From assembly GCA_009914755.4 (NCBI GenBank), contig CP068257.2:31552001-31616000 (forward strand): 64,000 nt of DNA, written 5' to 3'. The DNA is from the human T2T-CHM13v2.0 reference genome, Homo sapiens. A program made the translations under genes and the position numbers. Below, piece by piece: positions 44,845-57,990 of this stretch. Under the pieces are notes generated by a model. It was not told the origin of the DNA. It worked only from the letters and a program-made list of their open reading frames with translations, and ran no database searches. Positions within the stretch are counted from its first letter, which is position 1; the number at the start of each line of letters is the position of its first letter.

Positions 44845-45060
44845 TTGAGACGGAGTCTCGCTCTGTCGCCCAGGCTGGAGTGCGGTAGCGCAATCTTGGC
44901 TCACGGCAAGCTCCACCTCCTGGGTTAACGCCATTCTCTCGCCTCAGCCTCCTGAGTAGCTGGGGCTACAGGCGCCCGCCACCACACCTGGCTAATTTTT
45001 TTTTTTTTTTTTTTTTTTTGGTATTTTTAGTAGAGACGGGGTTTCACCGTGTTAGCCAGG
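44845..45060 (-). mobile_element. Alu, truncated, antisense, with a target-site duplication actgcatttg(c)tttt
   Basis: gagacggagtctcgctctgtcgcccaggctggagtgcggtagcgcaatcttggctcac ... gtttcaccgtgttagccagga; TSD at 44798 and 45061. Confidence 0.85.
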
Positions 45061-45710
45061 ACTGCATTTGTTTTTTAAAAAATCTTTTTCCTAATTATAT
45101 AAGTAAGGATGTTTACTGTAGAATGTTTGGAAAGGAAACAAAATAAAAATCACCTACTATCATCCAATCTGCAATAAGTCATAGTTAAGGTTTTGACATA
45201 GTTTTATTTTTAATATATATGTTTATATAAAAGAGTGCATGCAGCACATGGAGTTTGGTATTGGATTTCTCCCATTTTCAGAGGCTATTTCTGCAAATTC
45301 TCTAAAACTGTGGCTGAAAATATTTTCAATGTTGAATGTCTTTTATAAGAAATAGGATCCTAGATAAGTTCCCTTCAGATCGTATGGGGCTGGTGGGAAT
45401 TCTGCCAAGGGTCACATAAGAGGCAGGACCGTGACATCCTCTTTATGATCACCCTTGTGCCTAGCCTTAAAGGAGTATCAGCAAATGTTGGTTGACTTCA
45501 TAGATTAAAAGGCTCATTTTTCCCATCTACAAAAAGTATGAAACATCCTCCTCCTCCCTTTCCTAGGAGGCCAGAAAGCTGAACGAGAGATTAAATACTC
45601 AGTTAAAACAATTTAGGTGGTTAGTGTATCTTTTCCCTCTCCTTCAAAAAGATATTAACATTTCCATTTTAGTAGCTGTAATGTTTAGAATATACATACA
45701 TTTTACTTGA

Positions 45711-46050
<340 letters not shown>

Positions 46051-46339
46051 TCATAGTCTATTTTAGAAGTTGACAGGCTATAAATAACAAGCAGACAAAT
46101 TAATGAAGAACATCTGTCTTTCTGCCTATCCCGAAACACGTTGATCAGTGGGGGGTCGAGGGAAGGGTAGGAGTATGGAGAAGAGACCCGCGGAGAAGAG
46201 GGGAGAATCTACAACGGATAATGTTGTAGATATTTACAACATTTACTCAATGGTAGGTATTTTTATCCTCGTTTTACTAGTTGGAGAATTATATCATGCA
46301 GGTTTATACAATTAACAAGTGGGGGAGCCAGGAGAGAAC

Positions 46340-46470
46340 CCATTCACTCTTTAGTTCATTCATTCATTCAGTCAGTCAACACATCTTTGGGTGTCTTCTA
46401 AATGCCAGGCACTATTCTAACCCCTAAGGATACTTCAGTAAACAAAACAGTCCCAAATTCTTCCCCTATG
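46340..46470 (+). mobile_element. Ancient SINE-like fragment (tcattcattcattcagtcagtcaacac ... gccaggcactattctaacccctaagg family)
   Basis: Resembles the common cattcattcagcaaatatttattgagcacctactatgtgccaggcactgttctagg element. Confidence 0.4.
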
Positions 46471-46549
46471 GAGCTTTCTCGGCGAAGGCGGGATTGGTTA
46501 GGAGCTGACAATCGGCAGCAGACGATTGTAAATGACCGGACCTTTTTTC

Positions 46550-47640
46550 TATTCTCCTGCCCAGCCCCCGGCCCGGCCTCCGCCTCCGGCCCTGCTCCAG
46601 CCCCGCCAGCGGCCCAGGACCCGCCCCTGGCTCCGGCCCCGCCCCTGGCTCCGCCCCCGCCCCCGCGCCGGCGGCGGCGCGGCGCCCGCGCTTCCGTAGC
46701 GCTCCTCGTAGGCCGGGGCTCGGCGCGCGCACCCGCACTAAAGACGCTTCTTCCCGGAGGGTAGGAATCCCGCTGGCGAGCCGAACAGTTCCCCGAGCGC
46801 AGCCCGCGGACCACCACCCGGCCGCACGGGCCGCTTTTGTCCCCCGCCCGCCGCTTCTGTCCGAGAGGCCGCCCGCGAGGCGCATCCTGACCGCGAGCGT
46901 CGGGTCCCAGAGCCGGGCGCGGCTGGGGCCCGAGGCTAGCATCTCTCGGGAGCCGCAAGGCGAGAGCTGCAAAGGTAACGCAGCGTGGCGGGGTCGCGGG
47001 AGCGGAGCGCGTGGCCAGCTGACTGGAGGGAAAACGCCGCCTCCCTGCAGCGGTTCCCGGAATCCCCTCCGGTTCCCTCTCGCTCTCCCCGACTCCTCCT
47101 CCTCCTCCTGCCCTCCCTCTGCGTCTTGAGTATGCGGCTAGTGCGCCCTTCCTCTCTCCCGGGGCCGCACCTGCGACCCCAGGACCCCTCCCGGGCCCTG
47201 TCCTGCGCCCTCCACGCGTCGCCCCTGCTGGGAGTCCGCTTTCGTTGCACCCCTCCGCGTCCCACCCCACCCCACCAAGGATGCCCAGGATACCGGGCAT
47301 TTGCCACTGCAAGATGTGAGTCGTTGCTAAGTTTGAGGGTCACATTCCTCCAGGTCCACCCCGCCTTGCAAAACCGGCTCACCAGCCGGGTGCTCAGGTT
47401 CGGGATCTCCAGCCCGCCCCCTTGAGGTCCCCTGGGATTAGCCCCCCTCGACCTGCGTCAGGGTCACAGACTGCAGCCGGGGCTGGAGCGGCCTACACCC
47501 CTCCGGATCCGCTGCGTGGAGGCAGGAGGGGGAAGGGGCGAGGGGACGTGGCCGCGGAGACAGAAGGGTGCACGCTCCCAGGGTCGGAGAGGGGAGATAC
47601 TGGGAAGATACTCCGCGAATATGGAGAGGCGATCGGCACT
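46550..47640 (+). promoter_or_regulatory. IFNAR2: CpG island, TATA-less GC-rich promoter, most plausibly the IFNAR2 promoter plus 5' UTR exon 1
   Basis: About 1.1 kb with very high G+C and CpG density. GC-box cluster with a tandem ggccccgcccctggctccg x2 at 46615-46675. 5' splice donor caaag|gtaacg at 46974/46975. Lies about 11.7 kb upstream of the first coding exon, which matches IFNAR2 gene architecture (non-coding exon 1, ATG in exon 2). Confidence 0.6.
46720..46974 (+). other. IFNAR2: Putative non-coding exon 1 (5' UTR) of IFNAR2; 3' end set by the GT donor at 46975, 5' end (TSS) not determinable from sequence
   Basis: Donor aag|GTAACG at 46975-46980 inside the CpG island; no ORF. Confidence 0.4.
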
Positions 47641-48421
47641 TGCATTTCAACCCTGAGCAAATCAATCCGTTACACGCAGTAGCGAGTTGACTCCATCAGC
47701 CGGTTTATTTGGTTAGCGATGGTTATATTGACTCTGAGTATTCCCACCTCCTTTCTTTTAACATTTTTTTTTTTATTTCCTTGTTTTGTTTAGCAAGAAG
47801 TCTTAGAAACGAATATAGCATGCTTGGGCGTTGATTCAGTGGTGAGAAGTGCCGGAGCTGGCTCAGGGAGAGGTGGAGTTTCCCATGTGTGCTCACTGGC
47901 CCAGGGGCTAAGTCCCACTGCTTGCCAAGGTTTCTCAGTATCCTGTCCACCCACCCCCTATCCACCTGTGCAGGCTTGAGGGGGTGAGGGGGTAGCAGAT
48001 ACTCTATCAAAATCTACCCTAAGGAAAATATTCGATAAACACTCCTAGCAATTAGGGCATAGCTGATAAGGCTTGATCTGTTTGTCGCAGAAAATGACTT
48101 GAACTTGTAAGTTCTATTGTTCATAAAGTTGTTTTCCACAATTTTAGATAATCAAAAATGTACATGACTCATTTTTCTTACCTATTATTTCCTCTAAAGT
48201 TTCTCATGTATTTATTGAAAAGTTAAAGAAAATCTGATTTTGGTTCACATAATTTGACAATGGTGATTTGTCTAAAAGTCATTTCAAAAAGTAATATGAA
48301 AAGGATCATAACCCTAGAGGTACTGTCATAGAAGTGAAACATTTATTAAAATATATATTCCATGGCTCACACTTGCACACTCAAAGCCACATTGGACTCA
48401 TTTTTTCTGCTACCTTTATAA

Positions 48422-48777
<356 letters not shown>

Positions 48778-49649
48778 TCAATCATCATGTTTTATCAAAG
48801 CTAAAACCCAAACTAAAATGCCATTGCTTATAAGATGCACTTTCATTTTATGTAATGAAGTAAGAAAAAACACTGTCAATCATGCTATGCCATGCCACCA
48901 GAATGAAAGCATTCTGATTTCAGAAATTCTCAAATGTTAAAAGAAAATGGGCATTTTATAATTTGTGAAATATTAGTGAGTTAGAGCAGAGCTTGACGGC
49001 ACTGGCCCTAAGGGTCCTTCTTCTTCCTTTGGAAGAATGAAACTGGGGGCTATGCAATTCAGGGAAGAATAAAGGAAAAACAGGTAATTGGCAGAGGAGG
49101 TTGGCTGACTTAGAGGTATGGAAAAGACAAAACAAAGGAGGGAAAAAGAGAGGTATGTATGATGGGGAGGAGTTCAGAGCCACTGAAAATTTTCTCTGGC
49201 CCTAACAGGAAAACGAGTTACCCCACAAGCCAGGGTTTTATCATCTGGTACGTGGAGATATCCATCAGCATTGTCATTGGTTTTCATTTGTTTGTTTTTA
49301 ATTCTCAAGTTTAAAAAAAAATTTAAAATTTAAATGTGTCTCAACCACCAGAAACTATAGTGAGATTTCTCTGTAATAAATAGGAAAGAAGGAGACTGAT
49401 CCAGTCCTTGTTAAAAAAAAAAAAAAAGAGGAAACTGAATCACAACATACTTTGCTTTTTTCTTTTCTCACAAAGGAACAGTGGGCCCTTTATGCTGGGT
49501 GAAGGTGAGTGAGATGGGGGAAGGTTCACTGGGCACCAACCTTCTGGGCTAGAGAAATTGCCCAGGCTTTACAGAACAAGCTGGAATCAGATAAAGTTGT
49601 GGAAAGGAAGTCGAGGTTTCACTCTGCCATATCAGTAGGAGGTACTAAA

Positions 49650-50740
49650 GCCAAACTAGTAGCAGCAAAGTGAACAGAAATGGTAAGGGGGAAAAATAGG
49701 AAAGGAAAGAACAACGTGGATTGCAAGACGTCTTACTAAAAACAAAGAATTACACTTGGAACAGAAGAAATTCATTACCATTGCCTTACACTGTGCAACA
49801 ACTTGATAAAAATATAAATCCAATAAAACAAACTCAAAGATGAGAAAATTGTAAACTGGAGATGAAAAGGGAGATTGCAGACCTAAAGGAAAATTGAAGA
49901 CCGTAAAAACATAGTGACAGAATAAATAAGTCAGGAGAAAGAACAGAAGCAATACTGCTGAAAATAAAAGTATTTTAATAGAAGAAAGCCCAGTAAGGAA
50001 GCCCAGTAAATTCAACTGAAAAGGGACAAAGATTAAGAAGAAAGAAGCTATTATGAAAGACAAAATACAATCAAGAATTGGGACCACTGAAGTCCCAGAT
50101 GTAGAGAAGTCAACAAATGGGACAGAAAATTCAAATAAAAATAAGTCCAAAGAAAGCTTATTGAGATGAAGAAAAAATGGTCTGTAGGCCAAAGGAACAT
50201 GCCATGTTCCAGAAAATGTCATGTGGGAATACGGAAGCACTACGATATCTTAAACTATTTAAATTCAAAGAAAAAGATTTAGGAATCTAAGAAGAAAAAG
50301 TAAAGGAGGGAAAAACAAAATCAAGCTCGCCTCAGACTTCAGTGCAGCACTAAATGCCAGACTATGATGGTTGTGAGGAAACAGTTCCAAGGGAAAGAAA
50401 CTTTTCCGAGGGGCATATTTTTTTTCCGGAAGAACAAAGGGAATTCAGCACCCATGAACCGTTTTTGGAAAAACAAAAACTTGCTGAGTAATAAAATCCA
50501 GGAAATAGCAAATTAAGAGATAAATCAAAATAAAGAACTTAAGAGTAGAGAAAGGTAAAAAGACTTGGTGAGTATTTATTCTATTTAAATATAGAAGTAA
50601 TACATCTATAGAAATTGTGGGTAAGATAGAATGCGATTGTTATTAATCTAGACAAAAATATACAGCCAAAAAAAAAAGAAGTCAGAGAGGAAGATGGAAG
50701 GAAACATGAGAATACCAATATTCTCTTCTTTCAAAGAATG
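49650..50740 (+). mobile_element. Old L1 fragment (ORF1-like region), sense
   Basis: Lys/Glu-rich L1-like sequence (gaaagacaaaatacaatcaagaattgggaccactgaag ... gcactaaatgccagactatgatggttgtgaggaaacagttccaagggaaag). The minus ORF 49656-50240 is its antisense artefact. Confidence 0.5.
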
Positions 50741-50940
50741 GAATAGTAAATATGGTATAAAATTAAAAGATGCTATGTGAATATATAATACTGCAACTTT
50801 TAATATCTTTCATAAGTTTTATTTAAAACCTTAGAGGGATATCATAGGAAATTATACTTTCTTATGGACAAAAAAATTTAAATTTTAACAACTCCTTTGA
50901 CTTTATTTTAGTCTTTTCCCAAGTAACATTAAACAGAAAC

Positions 50941-50999
<59 letters not shown>
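50941..50999. repeat. (GT)n, about 29 units
   Basis: Direct reading. Confidence 0.95.
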
Positions 51000-51001
<2 letters not shown>

Positions 51002-51469
51002 ATGCATAGAAAGATCTGTGGGATTATGTTCGCCTAATATTAATGATAGTAATAGTTTTTACAGAAGAAAAAAGAAAGATGTTTGAAAAATAAGCTAGAA
51101 TCACATATGCCAAGATGTTAACAATTGTTGATGCTGGATGGTAGGAATAAGGATGAGTGTTACTTTCTTATTTGTACTTTTTCATATTTTTCTAATTTCC
51201 AGAAAAAGATATGTAATTGTTTTTGTCTAACATTTCTGAATCCACTTCATTCATTATTCATTGCCTCCTTGACAATGTGCATCAGTCTATGTCAAACAGA
51301 AGGAAAGACACAGCCATACTTTACCAGGAGACTATGAGGCAGCGAGTTCCTGGAGGGTTGTTTGTCTGTCTAGGAGGAGTTGGAATTCAAAGAATCACTT
51401 CACTCAATCCATCCATTTTATCTGGGCCTTGAAAATTGGCAGGGTTTGTCTGGTCTCAGGGTGAATAGC

Positions 51470-52300
51470 AGGTAGAGCTCTTCTTTCAGAATGGAGAAGG
51501 CCACAGTGTCACAGGGTGAACCTGTGACAAAATTGGGGTTCAGCCTGGGAAGCCACATGAGTTGTTGGCTTCGCACAGGATGGAATTAAAGAGCAAGCTG
51601 ACAGAATTAAGTGAAAGCAAGTTTATTAAGAAAGTCAAGGAATGAAAGGGTGGCTACTCCATAGGCAGAGCAGCAGCATGGGCTGCTCCACTGAGTATAC
51701 TTATGGTTATTTCTTGATCATATGCTAAACAAGTGGTGGATTATTCATAAGTTGTCTGCAAAAGGGGTGGGAGTTCTGGAACTGAGGGTTCCTCACTTTT
51801 TTCGATGATATAGGGTAACTTCTGCATGTTGCCATGGCATTTGTAAACTGTGGTGGCACTGGTGGGAGTTTCCTTTAGCATGCTAATATATTGTAATTAG
51901 CATATAATAAGCAGTGAGGACAGTTTTGTCACCATCTTGGTTTTGGCAGGCTTTGGCCAGCTTCTTTACTGCGTCCTGTCTTATCAGCAGGGTCTTTGTG
52001 ACCTCCTGTTTTATCACATAACTAAGAATGCCTAACCCCCTGGGAATGCAGCCCAGCAGGTCTCAGCCTCATTTTACCCAGCTGCTACTCAAGATGGAGT
52101 CACTCTGGTTCCAACACCTCTGACAAGAGCAGGGGGTGACCTGTCACCTGGGGCTCAGCAGGACAATAACTCTAGGAAAAACTGGAAAGGCTGATAGCCT
52201 TGAATTTAACCTAAGGAGCTTGGTGCATTGTCAGGCAACAGTGAGCTACAGACTGAGCTCACTACATAATTCACAGGGCCCACCCAGAGCCAAATAAAAA
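51470..52300 (+). mobile_element. ERV LTR-like dispersed repeat; family not assigned
   Basis: Recognisable high-copy element (... tttgtaaactgtggtggcactggtgggagtttcctttagcatgctaatatattgtaattagcatataataagcagtgaggac ... cctcattttacccagctgctactcaagatggagtcactctggttccaacacctctgacaa). Confidence 0.4.
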
Positions 52301-52419
52301 TGCCTGAGAAAGTACCACTAAAGGTACTAAAATATAAAGCCTTTTCTTCCACAGTCTCTCTCTCTCAACACGTAATGTTTTTTTGTTTGCTATTTAATAT
52401 CATTCTAAGTAAAAAAATA

Positions 52420-52736
52420 GGCCGGGCATGGTGGCTAACGCCTGTAATCCCAGCACTTTGGGAGGCCAAGTCAGGTGGATCATGAGGTCAGGAGATCGAG
52501 ACCATCCTGGCTAACACTGTGAAACCCCGTCTCTACTAAAAATACAAAAAATTAGCTGGGTGTGGTGGCGGGCGCCTGTAGTCCCAGCTACTCTGGAGGC
52601 TGAGGCAGGAGAATGGAGTGAACTCGGAAGGCGGAGCTTGCAGTGAGCCAAAGTTTGCGCCACTGCACTCCAGCCTGGGGGACAGAGTGAGACTCTGTCT
52701 CAAAAAATAAAATAAAATAAAAAATAAAAATAAAAA
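52420..52736 (+). mobile_element. AluY with an (AAAAT)n tail
   Basis: ggccgggcatggtggctaacgcctgtaatcccagcactttgggaggccaagtcaggtggatcatgaggtcaggagatcgagaccatcctggctaacactgtgaaaccccgtctctac. Confidence 0.9.
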
Positions 52737-53850
52737 CTTGAATTATTAGCATGAATATTGCAGTTCTTTATATTATGCAAAACCAGATTTAAATAAGAGC
52801 ATTTAATTCATATATGGAATTGCCAAGTTATACCATTAGTACTTTACAGCACATCTTGGGAGGTTCCCTTGAACTAGCCAGAAGAAGCAAACTGAAGCCA
52901 GACAGAGGAAGATTGCAAAGAGGAAGAGAGGGTCTCCACCAGGCACAGAGCCACCCAAGGGAGCCCTCCCTCAGGCTCAGGGATACCGAGGGAGCCAGAG
53001 CAGATTCACACAGGTCCCTGGGGCCCCTCTGCCCTGGTGACTCTAGGATGCATGTACTTGCACCTGACTTCTAGGCATCCCCCTCCTGCTAGCTTCCCCT
53101 CGATCCAGCCTGGGGCAGGCTCTGTGGAAGTCAAGCCTTGCATCTCCCTTTCCCAAGCACCTACCATCCTAACCCACAGTGTAGTGGCCACGTCCAAGGG
53201 TCTTTACGTCTCTGCCTCAGATATGCTAGGTACCTGGGTCAAGAGTGACCCAGAGACTCATCCCTGCCAGACCCAACCTCCAGCCAGTCACCCTCTGACT
53301 CAGTCCATGGGGCGAGGCTGGAGTGCTGGCCCTGACCTCTCCAGCATCTGCACCAGGAGGGCTTCAGCGGAATGTGGTCCCAGTTGATGCCCCATGCCAA
53401 CAGTAGCAGCAGCAGTTGTTAGGCATAGAGATTGAAGCCAGACAGGGCCTGGGATTCCTCTGCTGGGAGCCTAAACTGCAGGAGATGGGGAAGGATCCAA
53501 GTGTGAGCTGGGGCTCCTAGCACAAAACTCACATTGAAAGATAAAATGGTTAAGAATTTCAGGATAGCCACAGGAGAACCTCAAGCCAAGTGTAGGATCC
53601 TTCTAGCTGCAGGGCCTGGGGGTACTGAGACTAGCCCTGTTGACAGGAGCCATGCTTTAGGAAGACTGATCTATTTGTAGTCAGCAAGAGTTTTAAGGAG
53701 CTCCATTAACAATTTAGGCACGATGCCAAGATGGGATATTATATTTTCCAAGCAAGAAGAATCTGGTAATCAGGCATATGGTTCCAAGTGAAGTATAAGT
53801 CACCAGAAAGCAAGGAAGGAAGCCATCCCCTGGCCCAGAGGGGGAGAATG

Positions 53851-53855
<5 letters not shown>

Positions 53856-53892
<37 letters not shown>
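53856..53892. repeat. (GT)n, about 19 units
   Basis: Direct reading; the HTHTHT ORFs are artefacts. Confidence 0.95.
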
Positions 53893-53897
<5 letters not shown>

Positions 53898-54012
53898 CGG
53901 CTGCTGAAGAGACTGAGTGTTCCTGCAGATATATAACAAAGATGAAGATGTGCCACCGTTGGAGACAAATGGGGACCAGAGGCCACATGTCAGAGGTCAG
54001 GTGAGGTGTTCA

Positions 54013-54438
<426 letters not shown>

Positions 54439-54639
54439 TCAGCAGATGTTTCTCAATGGGTACAGTATTATGGGATTAGTTCCAGGCAGTCGTGCTTGGA
54501 TATCTCATGGGTGGTGGAGTCTGTAGCAAGGCTGGAAATTTTGACTTGGAATCACTTGGATTTCTCTAAGAGAATACCCCAGGTTGGATGTGTTACTGTG
54601 GCAGCAGAGAAGACTTAAAAATTACATTGTTTTTAGCTT

Positions 54640-55110
54640 GAACTTCGTCTTGTGAAGTCCTAATTAGGGAAGAGGAGTCAGGCTGGGGGTCTAGGGGAAA
54701 GCAAAGAGATAAAGCAGATAAGCCATAGGTCTACCTTGCTTCATGGTCCAGGACATACAAACAAAAAGAAGAAGCAGATAAGCTATAGGTCTGCCTTTCT
54801 TTATGGCCCAGGACATACGACCCTCCTGCACACATAACTCACAATCTTCCTGCGTATCATCAAATGCTTCAACTTATCATCAAACATCTCGGCTGACCGA
54901 AAAATGCAAGTTAGCTCCCTGCTACCTTGGCGTTGTCAGTCCTCCACATAGCACTCTTCAGCTCAAATTGCATTTTATAAAATCCCCAGCAAGCCTTTGT
55001 CTCCTGGCAGTCAACTCGTCTCTTACTGACCTGCCCATTGCTCCCTTGCAATGTATTTTCCTACTTTCTCTAATAAATCTGCCTTTCTTGACCTAAACTG
55101 TCATGGTAAA
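54640..55110 (+). mobile_element. LTR-like element with an internal 55-bp tandem duplication and a poly-A signal
   Basis: cagataagccataggtctaccttgcttcatggtccaggacataca / cagataagctataggtctgcctttctttatggcccaggacatacga duplicated (54716-54825); taataaatctgcctttcttgacc near 55073. Confidence 0.4.
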
Positions 55111-56207
55111 TTCTTCTTACTCCTATGTCACCAGCCACAGACAGTCGCCACAAGCCATGACAAGTCTGCGATTTCATGGTCTTTTTTTATTTTGATGATA
55201 TTTCCCCAGTGTTTGGGGGACAGAAGAATGCCCACAATCTATAGGTCTTAGTCACATGGATGGGGACAGAATATCTGAGAGAGAGAGAAGGAACAAGATC
55301 TACTGGGGCTCCTTAAAATTCTTCTTGAAGAACTCCTTTCTCACCTTGGAGTAGGGAAGACTTTCTGATTATGACTCAAAATTTAGAAGCTAAGAAAGAA
55401 AATACCTTTAAATCTGAAAACATAAAACTCAAAAACTTCTGGGTGTTTTTTTGGGGGGGTTGTTTTTTTTTAAACAGCACAAGCAACTCAAAGGGCAAGT
55501 GACAAACTGGGGAGAGAAGAAAAAGATGTGACTCATATCACAGTTTCCCTTCTACTTAAAAAAAAAAAAACTGCAAACCAGTAAGAAAATAGCAACAGCT
55601 CAACAGAAAAATTGCCAAAGGCACGAACAGTTAATGAGAAGGAGATGCAAATCGCTCTTAAACCTATGAAAAGATGAAGGTGTTCCATCACAAAGAGTAA
55701 GAGAAATACAAATTAATATTAATGTGAAAGACAACTTTTCATTTATGAATTTGAGAAAAATCCAAGAACTTGATGATATACCTCTAAGAAGCAACGGTAG
55801 GGAAACGAAAATTCTCACACATTGCAGGTGGTTATGTAAATTGGTATAGCCCCGCGGGTGGTCAGTGTGACAGTTTCTATCCAAATTACAGATGCATAGT
55901 TTCATTGCCAGGTCTCTTCTGTCTGCTTCTTCAGACCCACCCTCCCCTCTCCCCACTGTTTAGTTGGCCCAGGACCCTGTCTGGTAAGGATACAACTCCA
56001 GGCCCCTTGCCCTATGGCTTCTGGTTGTGTTCAGCCGATGGGGAGCCGCAAATAAGAGAAGGAAGGGACACTGTGAGTGATATTTATCCCTCAGCTTCCT
56101 GCCTGCACTGTCCTCTTGGTCTGGCTGTGTCCAGTGGTCTCATGTCATAGCTGCTCATACAGGAGTTTCTCCTTACAAATTGCAATGTTGGCTTCTCTTC
56201 CCCCTCC

Positions 56208-56905
56208 GGCCCAGAGTGATTACAGCCATCAATGTTGTGAGCTACAGGTTCTATACCCTCCCTTCTGCAGGCCCAGAATGGTAACAGCCCTCAATGTTGT
56301 GAGCTGCAGGTTCTGTACTCTCCCTCCTGGGGCCCAGAGTGGTCACAGCCCTCAATGTTGTGAGCTACAGGTTCTATACTCTCCTTTCTGCAGGCCCAGA
56401 GTGGTGACAGCCCTCAATGTTGTGAGCTACAGCTCTCAATGTTGTGAGCTACAGGTTCTATACCCTCCGTTCTGCAGACCCAGAATGTTACAGCCCTCAA
56501 TGTTGTGATCTGCAGGTTCTGTACTCTCCCTCCTGGGGCCCAGAGTGGTCACAGCCCTCAATGTTGTGAGCTACAGGTTCTATATTCTCCCTTCTGCAGG
56601 CCCAGAGTGGTCACAGCCCTCAATGTTGTGAGCTACAGGTTCTATATTCTCCCTTCTGCAGGCCCAGAGTGGTCACAGCCCTCAATGTTGTGAGCTACAG
56701 GTTCTATATTCTCCCTTCTGCAGGCCCAGAGTGGTCACAGCCCTCAATGTTGTGAGCTACAGGTTCTATATTCTCCCTTCTGCAGGCCCAGAGTGGTCAC
56801 AGCCCTCAATGTTGTGAGCTACAGGTTCTGGAGTCTCCCTTCTGGACCCCAGAGTGGTCACAGGCCTCAATGTTGTGAGCTGCAGATTCTATACTCTCCC
56901 TTCTG
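56208..56905. repeat. 62-bp minisatellite (VNTR), about 11 copies, in IFNAR2 intron 1
   Basis: Unit ggcccagagtggtcacagccctcaatgttgtgagctacaggttctatattctcccttctgca read directly with period 62 (register shifts 2 nt per 60-nt line); one unit carries an extra 27-bp internal duplication at about 56425-56450; edge copies diverged. ORFs 56077-56693 (CCELQVLY, FCRPR) are artefacts. Confidence 0.95.
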
Positions 56906-56924
56906 GTTTGCCTACAGCCCTCTC

Positions 56925-57225
56925 ACACATTTGTAAATATAGTCCTGCAACCCCTAATGATGTCTTGGGCAAAGATGGACCTTTTATATGACGATAGCCC
57001 CATAAGATTATACCATATTTCTACTGTACCTTTTCTGTGTCTAAATATGTTCAGATACACAAATGCCACTGTGTTGCAACTGCTTACAGTATTCAGCACA
57101 GTACCATGCTGCACAGATTTATAGCCTAGGAACAATAGTCTATACCATATAACCTAGATGTGTAGTTGGCTATGCTATCTAGGTTTGTCTAAGTATACTC
57201 TGATGTTCATACAACAAAATAGCCT
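56925..57225 (+). mobile_element. Tigger-like (pogo-type) DNA transposon fragment
   Basis: tataccatataacctagatgtgtagttggctatgctatctaggtttgtctaagtatactctgatgttcatacaacaaaatagcctaacaatgaatttctcagaac resembles the Tigger1/2 internal region. Confidence 0.45.
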
Positions 57226-57990
57226 AACAATGAATTTCTCAGAACACAGCACTGTTCACAGTTGCAAAGATATGGAATCAACCTAAGTATCCATCAACAA
57301 ATGATTGGATAAAGAAAATGTGGCTAGGTGTGGTGCTCACATCTGTAATCCCAGCACTTTGGGAGGCCAAGGCGAGAATCCAGGAGTTTGAGATCAGCCT
57401 GGGCAACATAGTGAGACCCTATCTCTACAAAAAAAAGGTTTTTTTAATTAGCCGGTGTGTGATGACACATACCTGTAGTCTCAGCTACTTAGGGGGACAG
57501 GTGGGAGGATTGCTTGAGCCTGGGAGGTTGAGGCTGCAGTGAGCCATGATTGCACCACTGCACTCCAGGCTAGGCAACACAGCAAGACCCTGTCTCAAAA
57601 AAAAAAAAAAAGTTACATATATAACACACAGTATATTCAGCCATAAAAAAGAATGAAATCGTGTTTTTGCAGCAACATGGATGGAACTGGAGGCCATTAT
57701 CTTAAGAGAAACAACTCAGAAACAGTCAATACCACATGTTCTTATAAGTGGGAGCTATTAATAAAAAATGTGCACACGTTGACATATATATAATGTGGAA
57801 TGATAGTCATTACTGACTGAGAAGGGTGGATTGGGTGTGGGGAGTTAAGGAATGAGAAATTACTTAATGGGTATAATGTATACTATTCAGGTGATGGATA
57901 CACTAAAAGCCCAAATTTCACCACTATGCAATATATCTATCTAACAAAACTGCACTTGTACCCCTTAAATTTATTTTTTTAAAAAGCGTG
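57225..57990 (+). mobile_element. L1 3' end, sense, interrupted by an Alu at 57322-57611
   Basis: ttcacagttgcaaagatatggaatcaacctaagtatccatcaacaaatgattggataaagaaaatgtgg [Alu] cacatatataacacacagtatattcagccataaaaaagaatgaaatcgtgtttttgcagcaacatggatggaactggaggccattatcttaag ... ctgcacttgtaccccttaaattt matches the L1 ORF2 end and 3' UTR. Confidence 0.8.
57322..57611 (+). mobile_element. Alu SINE nested in the L1 3' end
   Basis: ggctaggtgtggtgctcacatctgtaatcccagcactttgggaggccaaggcgag ... A-tail. Confidence 0.9.

Noticed and set aside
47306-47313. ATG immediately followed by TGA, overlapping a GTGAGT donor (caagATGTGAGTcg)
   Set aside because: Could be an alternative exon-1 donor, but there is no way to support use from sequence alone and ATG-TGA is not a coding start. 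It is mentioned in the CpG-island finding only
46398-47425. 304-aa minus-strand ORF and several 120-170-aa ORFs across the CpG island
   Set aside because: Open frames persist because of extreme GC content; Arg/Gly/Pro/Ala-rich with no domain resemblance. The region is a promoter with a 5' UTR exon, not coding
56208-56905. Regular 62-bp array considered as a CRISPR-like repeat-spacer structure
   Set aside because: Units are contiguous with no unique spacers and the context is a primate intron. It is a minisatellite
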